This document shows, piece by piece, positions 1 to 6,132 of a stretch of 42,534 bases of DNA. This DNA is from a virus, in the IMG/VR virus record IMGVR_UViG_3300045988_044701. One strand, 5' to 3'. The notes under the pieces are model-generated. The model saw nothing but the letters and a program-made list of their open reading frames with translations. It had not been told where the DNA came from and did no database searches. The position numbers and the translations under genes are program-made. How positions within the stretch are numbered: position 1 is the first letter of the stretch; every line of letters starts with the position of its first letter.

Positions 1-99
1 AGGGCGCTGTACCTCATGCAATGCGCCGTTCGGCAGCTACACGGCTTGTAGAGGGAAAAGCAGAGCCGACAGCTGTACAGGCCATTCTTGGCCATGCCG
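1..99. repeat. 99-bp terminal direct repeat identical to 42436-42534 (circular-assembly overlap / permutation point)
   Basis: Read directly: the same 99 nt (agggcgctgtacctcatgcaatgcgcc...cattcttggccatgccg) occurs at both window ends. Both copies lie in the same frame of one integrase ORF. Confidence 0.93.
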
Positions 100-179
100 A
101 TTTCTCCACAACTGCCGATTATTACACTGGTCATGATACGGATTATCTCAAATCCGAGATGGAGAAATTCAAGAAATAG
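1..179 (+). CDS. int: Tyrosine integrase, C-terminal part (wrap-around continuation of the CDS starting at 41478)
   Basis: The frame from nt 3 reads GAVPHAMRRSAATRLVEGKAEPTAVQAILGHADFSTTADYYTGHDTDYLKSEMEKFKK, stop TAG at 177-179. H-x-x-R, LGH and the Y box are typical of tyrosine recombinases. Confidence 0.9.
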   Translation, partial: GAVPHAMRRSAATRLVEGKAEPTAVQAILGHADFSTTADYYTGHDTDYLKSEMEKFKK

Positions 180-234
180 TCTAACGAAAGTTTAACAATC
201 CGGAAATTTTCAACGTTTTATCGTATTGCGCGTA

Positions 235-282
235 TGCTTCCCAAGCAGTAGGCGGCGGGTTCGAGTCCCGTATCCTGCTCCA
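235..282 (+). other. Partial tRNA (3-prime half only), Gly(CCC)-like; probable attP core
   Basis: Anticodon-loop-like TTCCCAA at 238-244, T arm GCGGG/TTCGAGT/CCCGT, acceptor 3-prime strand ATCCTGC plus T-CCA ending at 282. No D arm or pairing 5-prime acceptor strand lies upstream. Confidence 0.7.
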
Positions 283-292
283 TATTTTAAAG

Positions 293-345
293 AAAATCCC
301 ACGAAACAGCGTTTATTGCTTGTTTGTTTCGTGGGATTTTTGCTT
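293..345 (+). terminator. Rho-independent terminator
   Basis: A 16-bp perfect stem, aaaatcccacgaaaca (293-308) pairing with tgtttcgtgggatttt (325-340), followed by T-rich sequence. Confidence 0.8.
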
Positions 346-402
346 TATTTGCTTTTGAAAAAATGACGATAAAAACTCTAAAAGAATCTAACAATCTAAC
401 GG

Positions 403-741
403 TTAGTCTAACAGATTTTTGATTTTTTTGATAACAAGCTCATACTCTTTCGGATACACCAGCTTTATCGCGTTCATGTGTCTGTCCAGTACCTCCATCA
501 ACCCGCTGAACGGCACAGCGCTTGCAGCCTCTACGAATTCGCTCTGCTGTTCTCGCGGTCTTGTGGAATACTCCATCTGCATGACTGGTTCAGGCTGCGG
601 AGCGGGGCTGTTTTCCCGGCTTTCCGCTTCGCTCAACTCATTTCGCACAGTGCAGAGGGCGGCAAGCTTCTCCACGCTCTGCCAGTCCGTCGAACCGCAT
701 TTCAGCTTGTGAATGTGGGTGTTGATCTCGTCAATGTCCAT
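403..741 (-). CDS. Hypothetical protein (cargo operon, last gene)
   Basis: 112-aa ORF, co-directional and tightly spaced with upstream genes. No motif recognised. Confidence 0.6.
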   Translation of the reverse strand: MDIDEINTHIHKLKCGSTDWQSVEKLAALCTVRNELSEAESRENSPAPQPEPVMQMEYSTRPREQQSEFVEAASAVPFSGLMEVLDRHMNAIKLVYPKEYELVIKKIKNLLD

Positions 742-758
742 GCCTGCCGCCCCCTTTC

Positions 759-1157
759 TTATGCGTTGCGCAAGATGTCAGCGGCCCGCTTGTAGGCGTC
801 ACGCTCTGCACCGGTTGCTTCCTGCATCATGTCCTCAATGTCAGAGATCATACGCTCACGGCCATCCGTGCGGGAGTAATGCCCACGAACATAATGACGG
901 CCTCGGTTTGCGTAGCTATTGCCCCGGTTATAGTTTTCGGTACGTCCGTAGTTGCCGCGCATATCAGCTTCCCACTCACCAGCACGGCTATAATCGCCGT
1001 CCTCCAGCATCATGATCTTGTCGATATTTTTGATGGTGTCGGTCAGCTTATGTACGGTATCCAGCACGCGCTCGTTCAGGCCGTTCTTGGCATCGCGGTT
1101 GTACTCGTCCAGCTCCTCGCAGAGCATTTCACGCAGATCATAGAGATTCTTACTCAT
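759..1157 (-). CDS. Hypothetical protein with a helical N-terminus and an R/Y/G/N-rich low-complexity centre
   Basis: 132-aa ORF. The segment GNYGRTENYNRGNSYANRGRHYVRGHYSR is low complexity. An RBS-like aaggag lies upstream. Confidence 0.6.
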   Translation of the reverse strand: MSKNLYDLREMLCEELDEYNRDAKNGLNERVLDTVHKLTDTIKNIDKIMMLEDGDYSRAGEWEADMRGNYGRTENYNRGNSYANRGRHYVRGHYSRTDGRERMISDIEDMMQEATGAERDAYKRAADILRNA

Positions 1158-1171
1158 GCTGTACTCCTTTC

Positions 1172-1594
1172 TTATGCAACGCGCTCAACGATCAGACTGC
1201 TATTTGCGATGCTGATTGCCTGAGCGCTGGTGTTTTTGAGAGCAACGGTTACGCAGCAGCCACGGGGGACTTCCACGAACACCGCCGTAAAGACGTTGCT
1301 GTACTGATCCACTGCAGCCGGGGTGACGATAGCGGTTGCGCTGTTGAGCGCTTCGCCGCCGACAGCCAGCGCCACAGAGATAGCGCCCACAGTGCCACCG
1401 TTAGGGATGGCGATGTTGCCGCCAAAACTCACTTTGAACAGTGCCTTGCACTGGTTCGTAATCCCACGCAGCGTCACATTGCCAGCACCTGCTCGGTGGT
1501 TGATGCAGTTTGACCCCTTGATAGCTGTTTCGGTCAAGGGAAGATTCTGACCGGCTGCCACGGTCTGGATTGTGGTAGAGGTAAATTCAGCCAT
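1172..1594 (-). CDS. Hypothetical protein, tentatively BclA C-terminal / C1q-TNF-like jelly-roll domain
   Basis: 140-aa ORF. The beta-rich pattern FKVSFGGNI...GAISVALAVGGEAL...VALKNTSAQAISIANSSLIVERVA resembles, from memory, the BclA C-terminal domain, which ends ...SASIIIEKVA. There are no collagen repeats. Confidence 0.45.
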   Translation of the reverse strand: MAEFTSTTIQTVAAGQNLPLTETAIKGSNCINHRAGAGNVTLRGITNQCKALFKVSFGGNIAIPNGGTVGAISVALAVGGEALNSATAIVTPAAVDQYSNVFTAVFVEVPRGCCVTVALKNTSAQAISIANSSLIVERVA

Positions 1595-1808
1595 TATTCG
1601 CGTCCTCCTTTTCTGCGCAGACCCCCGCTTTACTTGCGTAGATGTTTTTCAGCACTTCCATGCAGGAAGCTGAAAAGTCCGGTCGTTCTGTGTCTATCAA
1701 AGTATGCAAAATAGAACTGTATAAACTCAGATCCGTCATGCTCATTTTGTTTTTGTCCATGTTGGCCAGATGGTCAACAAACTGCTGCTTCAAGTCTGTT
1801 ACGGTCAT
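1587..1808 (-). CDS. Hypothetical small protein (73 aa)
   Basis: ATG at 1808 preceded by gaaaggag. The longer track ORF (to 1868) would run through a terminator hairpin. Confidence 0.55.
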   Translation of the reverse strand: MTVTDLKQQFVDHLANMDKNKMSMTDLSLYSSILHTLIDTERPDFSASCMEVLKNIYASKAGVCAEKEDANNG

Positions 1809-1825
1809 TTGAATGCTCCTTTCAT

Positions 1826-1855
1826 AATAAAAACGCCGGGACTGCTGCCCCGGCG
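1826..1855 (-). terminator. Intrinsic terminator splitting the cargo operon
   Basis: On the minus strand, stem cgccggg/cccggcg (1834-1840 with 1849-1855) is followed by a T-run, the complement of the A-run at 1826-1833. Confidence 0.6.
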
Positions 1856-1922
1856 CTCTGGTTTGCAAAATCAGCTCTGGGGCTGAACAGGCTACAAATT
1901 GTAGTCAGTTGCCGTTATTCGG

Positions 1923-2699
1923 TTAGGCGCAACCGTTGCAGCCGCAACCGGTGCCGCAGTTACCGTACTGGTAAGGTGCAGGAACCGGGAAAGCGGGCAC
2001 AGGGCGGGGGTTGTAGTAGGCCAGCTGACCGCTCATGTAGGCCTTGAGCGTTTCGTTCTGGGCTGCCTGAGATGTCGCAAGATGTGCTAAGAACAGCTGC
2101 TGACCCTGCTCAGCAATCTTTGCGTCCTTTGCCTCGATGCGCTGTGCGGTCAGTGCGTCAAGGATGGCGCGGGCGTTCTGGTTCTGGTTGTCGATGATGT
2201 CCCGGGTGGTGTTCTGCACCGTGTTCCGGGTCTCGCAGGACTGGGTGGCCAAATTGTAGTTGACGCCCTGAATGGCAGAGCGGTTCTCGCAGCAGCACTC
2301 CTGCTGCTGCATCTGCATGGCAAACAGCTGCTGCATGAACGCCGCCTGCTGGTTTGCACGGCTGATCTCTGCGGACATAAAGCCGTTATTCACGGTCTGC
2401 TGCACGCCGTTGACAAGCTGCGCCTGCTGGTAGAAGCCATCACACATGCCGTTGTTGATACCATCCATCTTGCGCTCGATGTTGGCAAAATCGGAGGTCA
2501 GGACGTAGCCGTCAACGACACCGGCGCCGGTGTTGCCATTGCCGCCCCAGTTGCCGCCCCAGCCGCCGCAGAAGGCGAACAGGAACAAGATGATGATCCA
2601 CCATGCGCCATCATTGCCAAAGCCAAAGCCGTTGCCGCCGTTAGTGTTTGCGGGTTGAACAGGCATGGTCAGAACCGCAGAATCGGAAGAAAGAGACAT
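1923..2699 (-). CDS. Membrane protein: Gly-rich / TM / Gly-rich N-terminus, Q/N-rich coiled region, Cys-rich C-terminus
   Basis: 258-aa ORF with GGNGFGFGNDGAWWIIILFLFAFCGGWGGNWGGNGN, an internal ECCCE motif, and the C-terminus GNCGTGCGCNGCA. Confidence 0.65.
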   Translation of the reverse strand: MSLSSDSAVLTMPVQPANTNGGNGFGFGNDGAWWIIILFLFAFCGGWGGNWGGNGNTGAGVVDGYVLTSDFANIERKMDGINNGMCDGFYQQAQLVNGVQQTVNNGFMSAEISRANQQAAFMQQLFAMQMQQQECCCENRSAIQGVNYNLATQSCETRNTVQNTTRDIIDNQNQNARAILDALTAQRIEAKDAKIAEQGQQLFLAHLATSQAAQNETLKAYMSGQLAYYNPRPVPAFPVPAPYQYGNCGTGCGCNGCA

Positions 2700-2741
2700 T
2701 TTTGTACTCCTTTCGTGTGTTTTGAATGATTTTTATGCTTG

Positions 2742-2757
2742 AACCGTGGCCACGGTT
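2742..2757. other. Perfect 16-nt palindrome aaccgtggccacggtt (RNA hairpin or protein site)
   Basis: Read directly, in the gap between the 74-aa and 258-aa genes. There is no T-run, so it is not a clear terminator. Confidence 0.5.
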
Positions 2758-2762
2758 ACGAC

Positions 2763-2987
2763 TTAATGGAGGAACTGCTGAAACTGCTGCGCCATCGCCT
2801 GCAGCTGGTTCAGCTGGTTTTGTGACATTTTGCCGGATTGCAGCAGTTTTTGCACCTCTGCTTTAGGGTCGCCTTGAAAGTTTGCACGGAACTGCTGGAA
2901 CTGCTGCATCATCTGGCCAAACTGACCCATAGGGTTTGGCATGGCGGGCATACCGCCGCCTAGTGCATTAAAAAGAGGATTCGCCAT
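2763..2987 (-). CDS. Small Q-rich protein (74 aa)
   Basis: ORF with a biased composition (FQQFQQF, QLNQLQAMAQQFQQF), 2 nt downstream of the preceding gene. Confidence 0.55.
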   Translation of the reverse strand: MANPLFNALGGGMPAMPNPMGQFGQMMQQFQQFRANFQGDPKAEVQKLLQSGKMSQNQLNQLQAMAQQFQQFLH

Positions 2988-2989
2988 AC

Positions 2990-3430
2990 TTATTTGACCT
3001 CCGTTTCAGGCTTTGCAGGCTCTTGCTTCTCAAGTGCCGCACAGCGGGCTGCCAGCGCGTTAAACTCTGCCCGGGTGACAAACTCCACGCCGGGCTGCTG
3101 CGCCGTTTGTGGCGGCGTTTTTGCGGCTGTGGTGCGCTCCTTGTAGTCAAACACCCGGAGAGGAAGCGGCATCCCGCTTGCATCGGTGCTCTTGATGTAA
3201 AATGCGCTGTTTTCGCTGTCCATCAGGAGCACGCTGTTCCCGGCAGCAACCATGTATGCTTTTGCGCCCTCCTCGCCTTGCACCCAAATGATGGACGGCG
3301 TGCCCTGCGTCTGCTGCGCCGTTTGCCCCATCATGGGCTGCTGGTAGGCGTTCTGCCGCAGCTGTGCAAGCTGATCCGGCATTGCCTGCCCATAATAGCC
3401 GGGCTGGTATCCGTATGGAATGTATGGCAT
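2990..3430 (-). CDS. Hypothetical protein with a Y/Q/P-rich N-terminus and a beta-rich core
   Basis: 146-aa ORF: MPYIPYGYQPGYYGQ..., then IIWVQGEEGAKAYMVAAGNSVLLMDSENSAFYIKSTDASGMPLPLRVF. Confidence 0.6.
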   Translation of the reverse strand: MPYIPYGYQPGYYGQAMPDQLAQLRQNAYQQPMMGQTAQQTQGTPSIIWVQGEEGAKAYMVAAGNSVLLMDSENSAFYIKSTDASGMPLPLRVFDYKERTTAAKTPPQTAQQPGVEFVTRAEFNALAARCAALEKQEPAKPETEVK

Positions 3431-3433
3431 CGC

Positions 3434-3811
3434 TTAGTCCTCCTTGTACCAGTAGTAGATCGGGCATTCCGTGCCACTGTCCCAGCTGTCCCACCACTTG
3501 CCATCGATGACGGCCAGAACGTGGCCGGAGCAGCCCAGTACATACACACCGCGGGGGTACTCCCGGGCAAAATCTGCCACGGTGTAACAGGTGGTGCAGT
3601 CTTCCTCCACCAAACGGCGCTTGAACCCGCGCTTTTGGAGGTATGCACCCCATGTGCGGTTGGCGCTGGGCATATCGCCGAGGGCGTAACCGGTGAGCGC
3701 CAGCGCAATATACGCCTGCTCCCAGCTTTGACCGGTGGCCGCAGCTACCGCCCGCACTACGCAGTCCCCGACGCTGCTCCCGCGCGGGTTCGGGTTAAAC
3801 TTGTGCCACAT
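3434..3811 (-). CDS. Hypothetical protein, possible papain-like Cys/His fold (tentative)
   Basis: 125-aa ORF. N-terminal GDCVVRA and C-terminal GHVLAVIDGKWWDSWD are arranged like a Cys...His dyad. First gene of the cargo operon. Confidence 0.5.
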   Translation of the reverse strand: MWHKFNPNPRGSSVGDCVVRAVAAATGQSWEQAYIALALTGYALGDMPSANRTWGAYLQKRGFKRRLVEEDCTTCYTVADFAREYPRGVYVLGCSGHVLAVIDGKWWDSWDSGTECPIYYWYKED

Positions 3812-3856
3812 GGCACCCCCTCCCTTTGCACCCAGTGTACTTTTTTAAACCGCCGT

Positions 3857-3886
3857 GAGTGCCAACGAACGCCAAACGAGTGCCAA
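3857..3886 (-). promoter_or_regulatory. Direct repeat TTGGCACTC x2 (minus-strand reading) upstream of the cargo operon
   Basis: gagtgccaa occurs at 3857-3865 and 3878-3886, 21 bp apart, between the upstream hairpin and the start at 3811. Confidence 0.4.
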
Positions 3887-3929
3887 AAAAGAAAAAAGCG
3901 CCCGCACGGCAGCGGGGCCGCGCAGGCGC
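3881..3929 (-). terminator. Hairpin terminator (minus-strand T-run) upstream of the cargo operon
   Basis: A GC-rich imperfect hairpin at 3898-3929 is flanked by A-runs on the plus strand. On the minus strand it is followed by ttttttcttttttgg. Confidence 0.55.
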
Positions 3930-3937
3930 AAAAAAGG

Positions 3938-3950
3938 TGCTCAATGAGCA
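3938..3950. promoter_or_regulatory. Palindromic operator O1 (tgctca-a-tgagca)
   Basis: Shares the 11-mer gctcaatgagc with O2. The centres are 42 bp apart. Confidence 0.55.
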
Positions 3951-3969
3951 TAAAATTTTGCAAAAAGCC

Positions 3970-3998
3970 TTGACAAATACGCTCAATGAGCGTATACT
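3970..3998 (+). promoter_or_regulatory. Near-consensus sigma-70-type promoter (TTGACA-17-TATACT)
   Basis: ttgaca at 3970-3975, a 17-nt spacer and tatact at 3993-3998, upstream of the plus-strand genes starting at 4045. Confidence 0.7.
3979..3993. promoter_or_regulatory. Palindromic operator O2 (acgctca-a-tgagcgt) inside the promoter spacer
   Basis: A 7-1-7 palindrome occupying the -35/-10 spacer. Confidence 0.6.
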
Positions 3999-4044
3999 GT
4001 AGACAGTGAAAGACACCACACAAAATCAACTGGAGGCAACTAAA

Positions 4045-4218
4045 ATGAAAGATTATTACAGCAGTGCAGCAGCGATGTTCGATGGCGGTTGGAGAAGCAC
4101 TGACAAGGAAGAGTGGATTGCAGAGTATTGCAGCCAGGCTTGTGATGACCCGGCAGACCCCGAAGAGTGGGAAGAGTACGAGAAATATTTCAAAATGTTT
4201 GAAGAGAACGAGCAGTAA
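4045..4218 (+). CDS. Small acidic protein (57 aa)
   Basis: ATG at 4045 lies 8 nt after ggagg. The C-terminus is EEWEEYEKYFKMFEENEQ. The track start at 4006 is a GTG without an RBS. Confidence 0.55.
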   Translation: MKDYYSSAAAMFDGGWRSTDKEEWIAEYCSQACDDPADPEEWEEYEKYFKMFEENEQ

Positions 4219-4220
4219 AT

Positions 4221-4262
4221 AAAAACTCCCCGAGTGATGCGCGAACACCACCCGGGGAATTT
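4221..4262. terminator. Hairpin terminator, copy 1 of a repeated element
   Basis: The 30-nt core ccccgagtgatgcgcgaacaccacccgggg at 4228-4257 is identical to 6057-6086. An A-run lies upstream. Confidence 0.6.
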
Positions 4263-4286
4263 ATCAATCAAAAAAGGAGAATTGCA

Positions 4287-4610
4287 ATGTATAATGCAGC
4301 TGAACTTTTCGTCATGGCATCTGACCCAAAGGCCGTTAAAGAAGTTTTTTTGAACAACGTCACCCTCAGCGTGGAGGACGATGCCTCTGGGTGCGTTGAT
4401 CTGGACGCCCAAAAGACTAAGCTTGAAAATATTTGGAAAATCGCCCACATGCCTTTTAAAGAGATGGTGGAAGAGACAGGCCTCACGAAGACGGCCTTTG
4501 CCAAGATGGCCGGGGTTCCTTATCGTACACTGCAAGGCTGGTGCGGTGAGACAAGAGAGTGCCCTGTATACGTCCGCTTCTTGCTGGCAGAGCATTACGG
4601 ACTGCTGTAA
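4287..4610 (+). CDS. HTH DNA-binding protein
   Basis: 107-aa ORF. The C-terminal TGLTKTAFAKMAGVPYRTLQGWCGETRECPVYVRFLLAEHY resembles the phage HTH pattern (..RTLQ.WE.G.R.P..). Confidence 0.6.
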   Translation: MYNAAELFVMASDPKAVKEVFLNNVTLSVEDDASGCVDLDAQKTKLENIWKIAHMPFKEMVEETGLTKTAFAKMAGVPYRTLQGWCGETRECPVYVRFLLAEHYGLL

Positions 4611-4623
4611 GGGGGGCGATTTT

Positions 4624-5988
4624 ATGCCGAGGCGAGGGCTTGTACCCATGGTATGGATTTTGATAGACCCAGATGGAGGCCGGCACAAAATTTATGATCT
4701 TTCCGAGTGGGCCCGTCAAAACGTGCAGCTTTTCTTTCCTGAGAATCCGCCAGAAAACGCCGCTCAACGGATCTGTATGGGCTTTCAGCCCATAGCAAGA
4801 GGGATGCGAGAGCCGGAAAGGAAGCACAAGGCCAAAACATACAAAAAATGGACGCTGGAGGAGCCGCCAAGACCGCGCACAGACGAAGATACAGAAGATT
4901 CTTTTGAGTCGGCCCGTCCGTGGGTGTCCATCGGAGACCGATTTGGGGCGTTGACGATCATAGACACAGCCCCGCAAAAAGTATACTCTGATGGTGGCGT
5001 TGCAGCCATGTGGAAAGTATACTGCCGTTTTTGTGGCAAGACAAAAGTGATGTCGTATGCAGCCATAAAAAGAGCGGTTTCTTGTGGATGCGTCGCAAGC
5101 ATCCAGAGAAAAATTTTGTGTCAGATCTGCTGGAAGCAATTTTCCGGCACTGCACGCTCAAGATACTGTCCAGAGTGTAAAAAGAAGTATGGAAAAGGAA
5201 GAGCATCGCTTAAATATTTTGAAACGCCCCGTCCAGACTGGGCCGAAGCCATCAAGCCAGAGCTTCCGCCAGAGCCAAAAGATGACCTTTCCGGAAAGAC
5301 TTTTGGAAGCTGGAAAGTGCTTTGCCCCGCAAAAGAGCCGCTTTACTATATATGCAGGTGCGAAAAATGCGGAAGCATAAAAAGCGTTTATCGAAGCTCT
5401 CTTCTTCAGGGGACAAGCACACAGTGCTTGAGCTGTGCCGGAAAAGGTCCTCAGCCCGGGATTTCAAAATCACACTTTAAAAAGGCGTGTGAAAGGTACG
5501 TCGGAAAAGTGACAAACGGCTGGCTTGTGCTGGAAGTGCTTCCAAATGATAAAAAAGGAAAAAGTTTCCCCTGTCGCGCGATATGCCCAAAATGTGGAAA
5601 AGAGACGGTCACAAGGCTGACAAGATTAAGCAAAATCCAGAGCTGTGCAGAGTGCAGCCAAGACCTTGGGAAAAAGGCGAGCGCAATCGCCCCAATCATC
5701 TGTGCAGATGGCTCAAAAATTACGTCAATTCAGTCCCGCATGGACGGAAAAATCAACAAAAATTCTTCTACTGGAGTCAACGGCGTTACAAAGAGAGAAA
5801 ACGGAAAATATTTTGCGTACATCAATTTTAAGCGGAAGCAAATCGGCCTCGGGATGTATGATAAGCTGGAGGACGCAATAGCCGCCCGAAAAAAGGCAGA
5901 AGAGCTGATCTATGCCCCATACCTTGAAGCGCATGAGGGATGGCAGGATGATCTAAAAAAAGCCCTTGAAGAGCTGAAGAAAAAGTAA
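4624..5988 (+). CDS. Three zinc-ribbon repeats plus a C-terminal AP2-like DNA-binding domain
   Basis: ATG at 4624 follows gggggg. A repeat of the form G.W.V......C.C..CG.......L.....SC..C occurs three times. The C-terminal GVTKRENGKYFAYINFKRKQIGLGMYDKLEDAIAARKKAEE is AP2-like. Confidence 0.65.
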   Translation: MPRRGLVPMVWILIDPDGGRHKIYDLSEWARQNVQLFFPENPPENAAQRICMGFQPIARGMREPERKHKAKTYKKWTLEEPPRPRTDEDTEDSFESARPWVSIGDRFGALTIIDTAPQKVYSDGGVAAMWKVYCRFCGKTKVMSYAAIKRAVSCGCVASIQRKILCQICWKQFSGTARSRYCPECKKKYGKGRASLKYFETPRPDWAEAIKPELPPEPKDDLSGKTFGSWKVLCPAKEPLYYICRCEKCGSIKSVYRSSLLQGTSTQCLSCAGKGPQPGISKSHFKKACERYVGKVTNGWLVLEVLPNDKKGKSFPCRAICPKCGKETVTRLTRLSKIQSCAECSQDLGKKASAIAPIICADGSKITSIQSRMDGKINKNSSTGVNGVTKRENGKYFAYINFKRKQIGLGMYDKLEDAIAARKKAEELIYAPYLEAHEGWQDDLKKALEELKKK

Positions 5989-5997
5989 AAAATCTCT

Positions 5998-6045
5998 GAT
6001 GAGCTCTATCCCAAGTACCTCAAAGTGCTGGAGGACATGGAGTAA
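5998..6045 (+). pseudogene. Relic 3-prime end homologous to the end of the 4045-4218 gene
   Basis: DELYPKYLKVLEDME-stop aligns with EEYEKYFKMFEENEQ-stop and is followed by the same hairpin. No start or upstream ORF is present. Confidence 0.5.
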
Positions 6046-6047
6046 AT

Positions 6048-6094
6048 AAAAAAATCCCCCGAGTGATGCGCGAACACCACCCGGGGGATTTTTT
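6048..6094. terminator. Bidirectional hairpin terminator, copy 2
   Basis: An A7 run, the stem with core 6057-6086 identical to 4228-4257, then a T6 run. It sits between convergent genes. Confidence 0.7.
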
Positions 6095-6132
6095 GTGAAA
6101 GACACCTCACAGGGAGGCGTGCAGATAGTATA

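Larger units (their letters stand above)
180..412 (+). other. Putative attP region: tRNA-derived core flanked by arm-type repeats
   Basis: Lies immediately downstream of int. TCTAAC occurs at 180-185, 387-392, 395-400 and 407-412. The 8-mer TAACAATC occurs at 193-200 and 389-396. These flank a tRNA 3-prime fragment at 235-282. Confidence 0.6.

Noticed and set aside
1-99. The terminal 99-bp direct repeats as attL/attR or as a biological terminal redundancy.
   Set aside because: The repeat lies inside the integrase coding sequence and joins it in frame. The tRNA-derived att core lies elsewhere (235-282). An assembly overlap of a circular molecule is the simpler reading.
3857-3886. The TGGCAC motifs as sigma-54 (-24/-12) promoters.
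   Set aside because: The sequence downstream of each TGGCAC does not give a TTGC(A/T) element at the required 4-5 nt spacing. It is treated only as a direct repeat of unknown function.
4381-4623. An N-terminal extension of the zinc-ribbon/AP2 protein, using the track start at 4381.
   Set aside because: It would overlap almost the entire HTH gene in another frame. The ATG at 4624 has a strong G-rich RBS and lies just after the HTH gene stop.
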